Shown here in pieces: positions 11,354 to 23,028 of a stretch of DNA of 28,999 bases (position 1 is its first letter; each line of letters opens with the position of its first letter). A model generated the notes under the pieces. It saw only the letters and a program-made list of their open reading frames with translations. It was not told the DNA's origin and made no database searches. This DNA comes from Desulfobacteraceae bacterium (GTDB taxonomy: Bacteria > Desulfobacterota > DSM-4660 > Desulfatiglandales > Desulfatiglandaceae): positions 1 to 28,999 of the forward strand of contig DQZA01000264.1 in NCBI GenBank assembly GCA_011042035.1. The letters are read 5' to 3'. The position numbers and the translations under genes are program-made.

Positions 11354-11478
11354 GGACCGCCTCCTCCAAGCAAATGCATATGTAGGGGGGCAGGATCGGA
11401 AAAGAAGCTGAGACGTGTCGGCTTGATTCTGGGGATTACAACTTCCTTCATCTCCATCTCGTTATGTTTGCCTAAGGA

Positions 11479-11826
11479 TTATGCAGTTTCCGAGATCTCT
11501 GTGCTCTTCATCTCGTCCGAAGTTACGGGAAGATTACGGAGTGAGTTTAGCTCCTTATCCTTTTCCCGCAGCTCCCTAGTCAGATTTTTTATCTCGCGTT
11601 TGAGGCGAAATCGCTCGGCAATGCCAAACAGGGCGGTAAAAAATACACCTATTAAAAAGGCGATTATGGTAACAAGGTATAGGCTCATATCCGCTGTCTC
11701 GTGATTCCAAAAAACCAAATTCAGTCGAAATCTCACGGTATGGGACATGGGAGCATAATTCTGCACAGCAACGATAACCACAAACAGCAAGAAAAGGATT
11801 ATTCCTATGCCCTTAAGGTATCTCAT
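11479..11826 (-). CDS. lapA: LapA-like (DUF1049) membrane protein
   Basis: 115 aa; two hydrophobic helices flanking a QN motif, then a coiled-coil tail; GGAGG RBS; upstream of lapB. Confidence 0.8.
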   Translation of the reverse strand: MRYLKGIGIILFLLFVVIVAVQNYAPMSHTVRFRLNLVFWNHETADMSLYLVTIIAFLIGVFFTALFGIAERFRLKREIKNLTRELREKDKELNSLRNLPVTSDEMKSTEISETA

Positions 11827-11838
11827 TGTCCACCTCCT

Positions 11839-12330
11839 CTAGCTATCAAGACTCTGAAATCTCTTCAAAAGCTTCTTGTATGTTTGCTTCAGATGTTCGG
11901 GAATCACCCTTACTTCTCCAAGCACTGTCATGTAATTGGTATCTCCGTTCCATCTCGGTACGATGTGAAAATGCATGTGCTCCTCCACACCCGCACCAGC
12001 AACTCTTCCAAGATTGAGCCCCACATTGAAACCCTCTGGCCTCATTTCTCTCTTAATCACGTCTATCCAACGCCGAACAGTCAACATAAGATCCAATATT
12101 TCTTCTGGACCAAGCTGATCCAGTGAGGCCACATGCCTCACAGGAGCCACTAGCAAGTGTCCGTTATTGTAAGGGTACCTGTTCATCATTACCATGGTTT
12201 TCTCACCGACGTGGAGTATAAGGCGATCCTCATCCTGAGTCCTGTCTTTTCCTGGACAGAAAATGCATCCCTGATCCTTATTTGTTGAAAGTATGTATTC
12301 CATCCTCCAAGGAGCCCAAAGGACATCCAT
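11839..12330 (-). CDS. HIT family nucleotide hydrolase/phosphorylase (Ap4A phosphorylase-like)
   Basis: 163 aa; LWAPWRMEYI, CIFC, NRYPYNNGHL, histidine triad HMHFHIVPRW. Confidence 0.92.
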   Translation of the reverse strand: MDVLWAPWRMEYILSTNKDQGCIFCPGKDRTQDEDRLILHVGEKTMVMMNRYPYNNGHLLVAPVRHVASLDQLGPEEILDLMLTVRRWIDVIKREMRPEGFNVGLNLGRVAGAGVEEHMHFHIVPRWNGDTNYMTVLGEVRVIPEHLKQTYKKLLKRFQSLDS

Positions 12331-12340
12331 TTTTTTCTCC

Positions 12341-12823
12341 TTAAAGCCTGATTATTTTTCCTTGCACAGTATCACTGATCTCGAGAACTCCAACAGAATT
12401 AAAGCCCGCCGAGGGATACCCGGTTGCCGTCCCTGGATTAAAAAGCAAAACGCCTTCCTTGGCTTCATTGGCAGGGTGATGAGAATGACCGTATACTATT
12501 ACATCGGCATTCTGGATCTCATTGAGAACTCTCTGTTCAAGGCCCGCCGATGGTCCCCACCCGTGTATTATACCTATGGTAAATTCTTCAATCTCAAGGA
12601 TTTCTTTTGAAGGCAACCTTTTTCTCAGCTCGAATGGATCCATATTTCCACACACTGCCTTGAGGGGTTTTTGGGAGAGAAAATCGATAACCTCTTCGCA
12701 AACAATGTCCCCGGCGTGGATAACTAGATCTTTGTCCGCCAAAAATTCCTCGTAAAGCCGCTTGAACTGCTTTGTAACCTGCCGAAGATGAGTATCAGAA
12801 ATCACCCCTATCCGAAAGGCCAT
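12341..12823 (-). CDS. YfcE/MJ0936-type metallophosphoesterase (160 aa from ATG 12823)
   Basis: ISDTH, HAGD, GNMD, HG and GHSH metal motifs. ATG 12823 is preferred over the tracked 12877 because of its GAGGGG RBS and the promoter at 12861-12889. Confidence 0.9.
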   Translation of the reverse strand: MAFRIGVISDTHLRQVTKQFKRLYEEFLADKDLVIHAGDIVCEEVIDFLSQKPLKAVCGNMDPFELRKRLPSKEILEIEEFTIGIIHGWGPSAGLEQRVLNEIQNADVIVYGHSHHPANEAKEGVLLFNPGTATGYPSAGFNSVGVLEISDTVQGKIIRL

Positions 12824-12860
12824 CAGACGTTTCCCCTCTGCAAAGAAATGTTGGGGTAGG

Positions 12861-12889
12861 AGTATAAACAGGCTCATTCAAAAAGACAA
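12861..12889 (-). promoter_or_regulatory. Putative sigma70 promoter for the phosphoesterase-HIT-lapAB-mutS-amidase run
   Basis: Minus strand TTGTCT (12889-12884), 17 nt, TATACT (12866-12861). Confidence 0.55.
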
Positions 12890-13151
12890 GGGCTATTATG
12901 GGTGAAAAATGAAAACCGTTGACACATAAGGAATATTTTTGTATTTCAACAACATAACCCAAGGTGACTAGGTAAAAAGGCTCAAGGCATTTAGGTTTAA
13001 ATGATAAGGGAAGATCCACCTCGATCGATAGTCATGGGAGATTCGGAAATACCACTTAATGGAAAATTTTCACTATAATCTTAGCTTGTGATCATACTAA
13101 TTGTGGTGCGAGGAATAGCGCCGTGAATCTTGAGAGTTTAGGGGATGAGCT

Positions 13152-13649
13152 ATGCCAATCTATGAATTCTATTGCTCGGATTGCAACAGAATATTCAATT
13201 TTTACTCCAAGACAGTGAACACAGAAAAAAGACCTCTCTGCCCCAAGTGTGGAAAAGTAAAATTGGAAAGATGGATGTCAGTGTTTACCACAGTCCGGAA
13301 TAAGGGTGACTCAGAAGCAGACGAAGATATGGCTATCCCAGATATGGACGAGAGCAAAATGGAAAAGGCCATGGATCTATTGGCCAGAGAGGCAGAACAT
13401 ATTGATGAAGAGGATCCGAGACAAGCTGCTAATCTCATGAGAAAATTGACTGATATGACAGGCCTTAAGCTCGGCCCTGGTATGGAAGAGGCCCTCAGAA
13501 GAATGGAGGCAGGTGAAGACCCTGAACAAATAGAGGAAGAAATGGGAGATCTCTTGGAGGAAGAAGATCCTTTTCAGTTTCAAGACAAAAAGGGGTCCAA
13601 GCCTAAGACCCGAACCCCTTCTAGGGACGACAAGCTCTATGAACTCTGA
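13152..13649 (+). CDS. FmdB-family zinc-ribbon protein with acidic C-terminal region
   Basis: 165 aa; MPIYEFYCSDC...CPKCG N-terminus typical of FmdB/CxxC-CxxC ribbons; GGGGA RBS. Confidence 0.85.
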   Translation: MPIYEFYCSDCNRIFNFYSKTVNTEKRPLCPKCGKVKLERWMSVFTTVRNKGDSEADEDMAIPDMDESKMEKAMDLLAREAEHIDEEDPRQAANLMRKLTDMTGLKLGPGMEEALRRMEAGEDPEQIEEEMGDLLEEEDPFQFQDKKGSKPKTRTPSRDDKLYEL

Positions 13650-13697
13650 TTAAAAGCCAATAAAATCTCGGGCCATTTTCCTATTATAATTGTATCC

Positions 13698-14411
13698 TCA
13701 AAGCTTTATTAGCTTTACATTACCCCAGCATCCCATGGTGTTGCCCACTATGACGACCACTCCGATTATTCCTTCAAATCTAGCTACAATTTCATTAAGG
13801 AGGTTTAAGTCTCTGGGTGTATTCATTATGTTGCAGATGGCTGTGGCAGCGCCGTCTGCATAGCAGGCAGATTTGGCCAACACGGTTACAAGGTCTGCTG
13901 ATCCTTCACTATAGGAATGGCCGATAGTGGCAGACGAGGAGCAGATCCCAAGGGGCATCAAACTTGTCTCTATCTTCAGTCCTAATCCACTTAGATCGCT
14001 TTTTTGGGGAAGTAGGCCGACAATTAGCGGTCTTTTTGTATTTGCATATATGTCCCCGCCGTTTTCAACCACCACTTCATCTGACCACCTCAATAACCCC
14101 TCTCCCACCTTTTCAGCAATGGCTCCGGCGATGCATGCCATTGGGCCTACGCCGAGCTTCTGTGCGGCCTTGATCATCTCCGTCACAAGCGGGGGTGCAA
14201 ATGGATCTTCTTGCCATGGAAGTAATGTGGACCTGAAGCGGGGATGCCGCAAAATATAGCTCTCCAAGTGCGCTCTCATCTCAAAAACCAGGTCCCTGGC
14301 CTCATTGGTTAAATCCCTTTTGGCACTAATCCATAAATCTGTCTGCTTTATTGTTACCTCAAAGGAGACCAGACCTTTTGGATTCGAAATTTTTCTGTAA
14401 CTTCTCTCCAT
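13698..14411 (-). CDS. UPF0280 family, ApbE-like protein
   Basis: 237 aa; GPMACIAGAIAE, VENGGDI, ICSSSATIGHSYSEGSADLVTVLA, ADGAATAICN motifs. Confidence 0.85.
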   Translation of the reverse strand: MERSYRKISNPKGLVSFEVTIKQTDLWISAKRDLTNEARDLVFEMRAHLESYILRHPRFRSTLLPWQEDPFAPPLVTEMIKAAQKLGVGPMACIAGAIAEKVGEGLLRWSDEVVVENGGDIYANTKRPLIVGLLPQKSDLSGLGLKIETSLMPLGICSSSATIGHSYSEGSADLVTVLAKSACYADGAATAICNIMNTPRDLNLLNEIVARFEGIIGVVVIVGNTMGCWGNVKLIKL

Positions 14412-14477
14412 CCCATCCTGCCACTCATATTCTCAAAAAGTTAAGAAGAAAATTCTTGCTTCAAAATCAAATCTTGG

Positions 14478-14490
14478 TGCTATAATAGCA
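14478..14490. promoter_or_regulatory. Palindromic extended -10 element usable on both strands
   Basis: TGCTATAATAGCA reads TG-c-TATAAT on + (14481-14486) and TG-c-TATTAT on - (14487-14482), between divergent genes. Confidence 0.6.
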
Positions 14491-14546
14491 TAAGTTTGTG
14501 CCTGAAGCATTCTTAGTCATTTCAGGCATTATGAGGTCTGTGTGCA

Positions 14547-15479
14547 ATGGGTCTGGGAAAAAACAAATGGGCGGTACTTGACTACATCAGAATCGGGTTA
14601 TTTGGTCCTCCTCCTAACACCATAGGAGGCATTGACGTAACCTACCGTTGCAACCTCACCTGTAAGCACTGTTACTTCCACAAGCAACAATACTATGAAG
14701 AGCTTTCCCTGGAGCAATGGACGGAAAAATTTGATCTGCTTCAGCAAAACGGATTCCCATTTATGATATGCGGATGGCTAGGCGGCGAACCTTTGCTTCG
14801 CAAGCGACTGATTGAAATAGGGAAAAGATACTTCAAAACCAACGTGATATTTACAAACGGCACAGTTTCTCTGCCTGATTGGCCAGACGTCTCTTTTTCT
14901 GTTTCGGTGCACGGCACAGAAGAGTTTTATTATCGCATGACTGGCGCGCCTGAAGGATCGTATGAAAAGATCAAACAGAATGTTAACCGCCCCGGTCTTG
15001 ACGTGGTTATTTCTTGCTGTATCACCAGAATCAACCATACCTGCATTGAGGAGATGTTGGATGAATGGCACAACACCCATGTCAAGGGTATAGCCTTTGA
15101 ATTCTATACCCCAATGAAGGGTGAGGGTAAGGAACTATGGCTTGATTGGGAAGAAAGAGACAGAATAATTGACCAGATCACCTCCCTTCGTAAGACCTAT
15201 GGTGATCTCATTTGGTTTTCAGATAGAGCCTATAGATTGATGCGATCTGATATGGCCCCCTCCATAACGAACAATTGCCCTTTCAGAAAAATAGGCTTTG
15301 CGTGGGACCCCATGGGAAGGCCAAAGAATCCATGTCAGCTTGGCCCATTGGCAGACTGCTCGCGCTGCGGCTGCATCCTCCCGTTTTATTCTGCTATTCT
15401 CACCAATAAGCGACTATTGATTGGCGAGTTTTACGGTGGAGTGCTATACAGAATCAAAAGGGGGTGGTCTATGAAGTGA
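14547..15479 (+). CDS. Radical SAM protein of unknown function with Cys-rich C-terminus
   Basis: 310 aa; CNLTCKHC (CxxxCxxC), GGEPLL, TNG, SVHG; C-terminal C-x18-C-x7-C-x2-C-x-C. Confidence 0.9.
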   Translation: MGLGKNKWAVLDYIRIGLFGPPPNTIGGIDVTYRCNLTCKHCYFHKQQYYEELSLEQWTEKFDLLQQNGFPFMICGWLGGEPLLRKRLIEIGKRYFKTNVIFTNGTVSLPDWPDVSFSVSVHGTEEFYYRMTGAPEGSYEKIKQNVNRPGLDVVISCCITRINHTCIEEMLDEWHNTHVKGIAFEFYTPMKGEGKELWLDWEERDRIIDQITSLRKTYGDLIWFSDRAYRLMRSDMAPSITNNCPFRKIGFAWDPMGRPKNPCQLGPLADCSRCGCILPFYSAILTNKRLLIGEFYGGVLYRIKRGWSMK

Positions 15480-15483
15480 GCCA

Positions 15484-17040
15484 CTATTCCCATTCGATGG
15501 TACTGGGTGGCTTGGAGGATATATCGTAGACTACCCTATTAACACCTTTGACACTGTTTATTATCCGATTGGAAATCCGGGCCAAAACATCGTAAGGCAC
15601 CTTCGTCCAATCCGCTGTCATGGCATCAAGGCTGTCCACTATCCTCACAGCAATAACATTCTCATAGGTACGCTCATCGCCCATCACCCCAACGGTCTTT
15701 ACGGGTAACAATACGGCAAAGGCCTGCCATACCTTTTCATATAACCCTGCTCCCCTAATTTCGTCGACCACGATCACATCAGCGGCCCTCAACACCTCAA
15801 GTCTGTCGCGAGTCACTTCACCTAATATCCTCACAGCAAGCCCTGGACCGGGAAACGGCTGCCTCATCACAAGCTCATTGGGCAGTCCCAATTCCCTCCC
15901 CACCTGCCGCACTTCATCCTTAAACAGCTCCCGCAGTGGCTCTACCAATTTCAGCTTCATCACAGAAGGCAAACCTCCAACATTGTGATGGCTTTTTATG
16001 GTGGCAGATGGCCCCTTAAATGATACACTTTCAATCACGTCCGGATAAAGTGTCCCTTGAGCAAGGTATGTGACCTTACCCAGTTCCTTTGCCTTTTTCT
16101 CAAATACCCGAATAAACTCACGCCCAATTATTTTTCGCTTTTTCTCTGGATCCGTTACCCCCTTGAGTTGATCCAAAAAATGTTCTGATGCGTCCACAAG
16201 ATGGAGGTCAATTCCATATCGTTTCCCAAACAGTTCCATCACCTCTTTGGTCTCGCCACGCCGCAGCAGCCCATTGTCAACAAAGATACAAGAAAGCTGT
16301 TTATCAACCGCCTTGTGAAGAAGCACGGCCGTCACAGACGAATCAACACCTCCAGAGATCCCACATATTACACGCTCATTCCCTATCTCTTCTCGAAGAT
16401 TACGGATTGTACGTCGGACAAACGAGGCCATAGTCCATGAAGGTTCGCAGCCGCATATCTCAAATAAGAAATTACTCAGAATCTTGGCCCCATTAGGTGT
16501 ATGGGCGACCTCAGGGTGGAATTGAACGCCATAAAGCCTTTTCTTTCGGTCAGCCATGGCGGCTACTGGGCTATTCTTACTCCTAGCCAATACACTGAAG
16601 CCCGGCGGCATCTTTTCTATGCGGTCACCATGGCTCATCCAGACCACCTCTCCGTCCTCCTGGCCTAAGCCGTGAAAAAGGCCTTGGTCGTCAAGGATTT
16701 CTATAATTGCATGGCCATATTCCCGCTCTCGAGCCTGACCTACCACCCCACCGAGAACGTGGGTCATGTACTGCATACCATAGCAGATCCCCAATACAGG
16801 TATACTCAACTGCAGAATCCTTGGGTCAGACAAAGGAGCATCCTTATCATATATGCTAAGGGGTCCACCAGAAAGCACTATTCCTTTTGGTAAAAAGGCC
16901 TCCATGTCGTCCAGGCTCATATTGTATGGATGTATTTCGCAATATACATGCGCCTCTCTTATTCTTCTCGCAATCAATTGTGTGTACTGAGACCCAAAAT
17001 CCAGAATCAGGATTTTGTGTTTGTATAGACTTGCGGTCAT
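15484..17040 (-). CDS. guaA: GMP synthase (glutamine-hydrolysing)
   Basis: 518 aa; [41 protein letters not shown]. Confidence 0.98.
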   Translation of the reverse strand: MTASLYKHKILILDFGSQYTQLIARRIREAHVYCEIHPYNMSLDDMEAFLPKGIVLSGGPLSIYDKDAPLSDPRILQLSIPVLGICYGMQYMTHVLGGVVGQAREREYGHAIIEILDDQGLFHGLGQEDGEVVWMSHGDRIEKMPPGFSVLARSKNSPVAAMADRKKRLYGVQFHPEVAHTPNGAKILSNFLFEICGCEPSWTMASFVRRTIRNLREEIGNERVICGISGGVDSSVTAVLLHKAVDKQLSCIFVDNGLLRRGETKEVMELFGKRYGIDLHLVDASEHFLDQLKGVTDPEKKRKIIGREFIRVFEKKAKELGKVTYLAQGTLYPDVIESVSFKGPSATIKSHHNVGGLPSVMKLKLVEPLRELFKDEVRQVGRELGLPNELVMRQPFPGPGLAVRILGEVTRDRLEVLRAADVIVVDEIRGAGLYEKVWQAFAVLLPVKTVGVMGDERTYENVIAVRIVDSLDAMTADWTKVPYDVLARISNRIINSVKGVNRVVYDISSKPPSTIEWE

Positions 17041-17078
17041 TTCGGTTTCACTCCCTCAGGATGTTTCTCAGTGATCAG

Positions 17079-19500
<2,422 letters not shown>

Positions 19501-19504
<4 letters not shown>

Positions 19505-21123
19505 TTGTGACCTGATCCAGTGGGTGATAGTTTCTTCCCTCTAGGCCGCAGGATCGCTAGGAACGAGCCCAATTCTGCGCACCCCATTAGCCTCGCTAAC
19601 GCGAAATAGAGAACAGCGCCAGCTACGATCATAAGTGCAACATCTGCCAACAGGTATAGGATACCTTGGCAAAGATATTGTGCAGCCCACTTCTGTTGTA
19701 TCCAATAAAGGCAGGTACCCATCACGAATGAGGCAAATACAATTTTGATCCCAGAAGAAGCAACAGGACGTAGTGACACCTGGGGTGTCTTTTTCTTCAA
19801 GGCAATGACAAGGAGTAGAAACTGAAAGCCAGATGCACAGGACAGTGCCAACGCAAGGCCTGCATGTTTCATAGGACCCATAAGACTCAGGCTGAGAACA
19901 ACATTTGCAAAGAGGGCGCAAACCGCCACCATGACAGGCGTTTTCGTGTCCTGCATCGCATAAAAGGCTGAAACCATAACCCTGATACCCGAAAAGGCCC
20001 AAAGTCCCACCGAGTAAAAGACCAATGCCTTATACGTCATTGAGGCAGCATAGGCCCCGAATGCGCCCCTTTGATAAATTAACTTGACTATTGGCTCGCC
20101 AAGGACCAACAAACCCACAAGGGCTGGAATGGTTATAAAAAACACCATCCTCAAGGAATGAGATAGTGTATCAGAAAACTCCGTCAAGTTCTCCAGAGCC
20201 ACGTGCTCGGAAAGGGTGGGAAGTGCAGCCGTACTTATCGCTATACCGAAGATACCCAGAGGAAACTGGACTATCCGATCCGCATAGTAAAGCCAAGAGA
20301 TGCTGCCTTCTGGCAGGAAAGAAGCAAGCAGGGTTCCTATAAACTGATTCAGTTGATAAACCGCGGATCCGAATACGGCCGGCAACATCAAAACCCCAAT
20401 GCGTTTCAGTGCGGGATGCCCCGGATTCCATACTGGCCATAGACTAAGGCCCTCCTTTTTTGCCCATGGCAACTGCAGTAGCACCTGGAGGATACCGCCT
20501 ATTATTACCCCTATGGCAACCCCTACAATCGGCTCCTTCAAATGGGGTGAAATAAAAACGGCCCCGGCTATTATGCCAACATTGAGGAATATCGGGGCTG
20601 CAGCAGGAGCAGCAAAACGTTTGAGTGAATTAAGCACTCCCATAAAAAAGGCCACAATGCTTATGAGCAGGATATAAGGGAATGTGATGCGGGTGAGGAA
20701 GACAGTAAGTTCATATTTAGTACCAGAGCCGCCGAATCCAAATGCCTGAATCCTTACTATCCATGGAGCCAATAGGACACCGGCTACAGAGACAATAACT
20801 AGAATAACAGAGAGGATCGTCAGGGTGACCCTTGCAAGTTCCAGGGCCTCTGTCCTATTTTTCTTATTCAGGTATTCGGTAAAAACAGGGATAAAGGCAA
20901 TGGTGAGAGAGCCTTCGGCAAACAATCGCCTGAGCAAATTAGGAATCCTAAAGGCCACAAAGAACGCATCGGCTATCATGCCAGAGCCAAAAAGTGCTGC
21001 AATGACCATATCTCGAATGAGGCCGAGTATCCGGCTTAAGAATGTAAAAAAACCAACAATACCCGCTGCCCTTGTGACTTGTTCGGAATTCTGCTGGCTT
21101 ACTCTATTGTTTTTCTCACTCAT
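19501..21123 (-). CDS. murJ: Lipid II flippase MurJ (MviN)
   Basis: Polytopic; SRILGLIRD, DAFFVAFRIPNLLRRLFAEG, LYYADRIVQFPLG, AFYAMQDTKTPV. ATG 21123 preferred (AAGGA upstream); 21135 also possible. Confidence 0.96.
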
Positions 21124-21128
21124 CTGTA

Positions 21129-21158
21129 TTGACATCCTTAGATCAAGGTGGCAATATA
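21129..21158. promoter_or_regulatory. Putative rpsT promoter overlapping a murJ -10 element
   Basis: Plus strand TTGACA (21129-21134), 17 nt, TG-g-CAATAT (hexamer 21152-21157); minus strand TATATT (21158-21153). Confidence 0.5.
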
Positions 21159-21200
21159 CATAACTTGCAAGATGAAATCACCAAGTAGGAGGATAGAATT

Positions 21201-21467
21201 TTGGCAAATCATAAATCCGCCATAAAAAGGGCCAGACAGAATAAAGTTAGAAGACTTCGAAATAAGAGTTACAGGACCAGGGTAAAAAATGTCTCAAAAG
21301 AGGTAAGGTCCGCTGTTATGGAGAACTCCCTTGAAGTGGCTCAGGAAAAACTCAGAAATGCTGTCTCTATTATTCAGAAAACTGCCTCAAAGGGCGTTAT
21401 CCATAGAAACACCGCTGCCAGAAAAATATCGCGACTTTATCGCCTTGTAAATCAGATTTCCTCCTGA
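21201..21467 (+). CDS. rpsT: 30S ribosomal protein S20 (TTG start)
   Basis: 88 aa; ANHKSAIKRARQ...KGVIHRNTAARKISRL; AGGAGG RBS. Confidence 0.97.
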   Translation: MANHKSAIKRARQNKVRRLRNKSYRTRVKNVSKEVRSAVMENSLEVAQEKLRNAVSIIQKTASKGVIHRNTAARKISRLYRLVNQISS

Positions 21468-22471
21468 GCCTCCCCCTTACAAAGCGACATAATCAAGTGG
21501 TCCAATATGATATCCTCTCGAGAGCCCGACTTGAGCCTGGTATCAGCCAGGCACAGGCTCTCGAGAAATTCTCTTAATTCAGCCTCCGTCCATCCGTCAC
21601 CTTGATCCCGTAATCTCCTGGCAAAAAAGGGAGGAATTCCAAGGGCGGTAGGGATATCGCGCTCCTTTCCCCGCTCTCTCATTGCCTTAACCTGCCACAA
21701 AAGGCGCAATTGCCTGTTCAGCATACCCAGTATCCTTAGAGCAGCTTCTCTGCCTCCTTGGGCAAGGAGCTTGTGCAATACATTCAGTGCCTTGCCGGGG
21801 TCCTTCTCTGAAATATAGTTCATAAGTTCAAATATGCTGTGGGCCCTGGTTTTGGCGGCCATCTCCTTGACCTGCTCAATCCCTACAGGTGACTTACCAT
21901 AGCGGACCGACAGCTTCTCAAGTTCTCCATACAGTTCCATCAAGCTGCTTCCCACTATCTGGTACAAATAGGCACACGCCTCAGGAGAGATATCCAATCC
22001 CATCTCTCTGGCAGTAGAACGCAGCCAAGGAATAATGCGGGCTTCCTTGAGGGGGGCAAAAAACACCGACCGCCCCTTCTTCCTTATTCTTGCAAAAAGA
22101 GGCTGTCTGAAATCAACAGTTGAGGCAACCAGCAAGAGGCAAGTGCTGGTGGCAGGGTTATCCAAATAAGGCAAAAACCTTTCTTGGTCGCTTTTGCGGT
22201 AAGACTCGGTCCGTCTTACTATCACGATTCTGCGGTCAGCCATAAAAGGCACAGAGCATGCCGCCTCAAGGACCTGCCCTGGTGTTGTCTCATCAGCGTA
22301 AAAAACCTGTAGATTGAAGTCTGCTGTCGCTGGATCAAGAATATTTCGCTTAACCTTAGCAATCGTATTCTCCTTTAGAAAATCACTGGGCCCGTGAAAT
22401 AGATAATAAGGACCAAGGTCTGGGGTTTCCAATTGACCCAAGATCGCTTCTGGGCTCAGGTCTTTACTCAT
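21452..22471 (-). CDS. holA: DNA polymerase III subunit delta
   Basis: 339 aa; YLFHG, FNLQVFYADE, PFMADRRIVIV, ELEKL; conserved leuS-lptE-holA order next to rpsT. Confidence 0.92.
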   Translation of the reverse strand: MSKDLSPEAILGQLETPDLGPYYLFHGPSDFLKENTIAKVKRNILDPATADFNLQVFYADETTPGQVLEAACSVPFMADRRIVIVRRTESYRKSDQERFLPYLDNPATSTCLLLVASTVDFRQPLFARIRKKGRSVFFAPLKEARIIPWLRSTAREMGLDISPEACAYLYQIVGSSLMELYGELEKLSVRYGKSPVGIEQVKEMAAKTRAHSIFELMNYISEKDPGKALNVLHKLLAQGGREAALRILGMLNRQLRLLWQVKAMRERGKERDIPTALGIPPFFARRLRDQGDGWTEAELREFLESLCLADTRLKSGSREDIILDHLIMSLCKGEAQEEI

Positions 22472-23028
22472 CAGAAGGCATCCACGGTCTTAAGATAAAT
22501 CCTCTTTGCAAGGAGTCTTGCAATCTCTTTGAGTGCAGCCCTCTCCCTGTATTGATTCTCCACGGGGTCGTTGCTCAGTGTATATGAGGCCTTCTCCTCC
22601 ATGTCATGATCCTCCCACAAAACCTGACCCGTTCCCTTGTTGACCATTTTAATGCTCATCTTAACCCTTATTCGTCTCAAGCTTGTCGTCTCATAGGAAA
22701 CGGTTGTGCCGCCCACGGTTTGCTTCTGGATATCATAGCTTAGGGGCGAGGTATCCACACGCTCAATCTTTCCCACTAGTACCGCTGAGGCGCGTTTCCT
22801 CGACACTATTGGTATGGTGGAGTGCGAGAGAAACTCTCTACGAATTATGTTGGTAAAATCCCCCTCAAGGCCTGCCAATGTGGATGAGCTCTGAACAGTT
22901 GGAATGGCAAGGGTGTGAAGCCCACCGCGCAGTGATGTCCCAGACAGATTGAAATGGTACCCACACCCAAATAGGGTCAAAAAAACACTACTCACACAAA
23001 ACACAGCAATTAGCCACCTACGCCACAT
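22471..23028 (-). CDS. lptE: LPS assembly lipoprotein LptE
   Basis: 185 aa; signal peptide with lipobox LFGC followed by GYH; lies between leuS and holA with 1-nt stop/start overlaps. Confidence 0.85.
   Translation of the reverse strand: MWRRWLIAVFCVSSVFLTLFGCGYHFNLSGTSLRGGLHTLAIPTVQSSSTLAGLEGDFTNIIRREFLSHSTIPIVSRKRASAVLVGKIERVDTSPLSYDIQKQTVGGTTVSYETTSLRRIRVKMSIKMVNKGTGQVLWEDHDMEEKASYTLSNDPVENQYRERAALKEIARLLAKRIYLKTVDAF

Noticed and set aside
11326-11457. 43-codon minus-strand ORF in the lapA-lapB spacer, in frame with lapA after its TAA
   Set aside because: No well-spaced SD, no recognisable motif, overlaps the lapB start, and an open frame of this length is not improbable by chance.
12795-13078. 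74-aa minus ORF and 14-aa plus mini-ORF (13034-13078) in the large spacer
   Set aside because: No RBS or family features, and they overlap promoter-like elements.
13685-13690. TATAAT between convergent genes as an antisense promoter
   Set aside because: No -35 or TG extension; AT-rich context.
17041-17078. Purine-type riboswitch for guaB/guaA
   Set aside because: The spacers are 38 nt and 11 nt, too short for an aptamer.
19541-20002. 153-aa Cys-rich alternative-frame ORF inside murJ
   Set aside because: Off-frame by-product of codons for hydrophobic residues; no RBS or motif.
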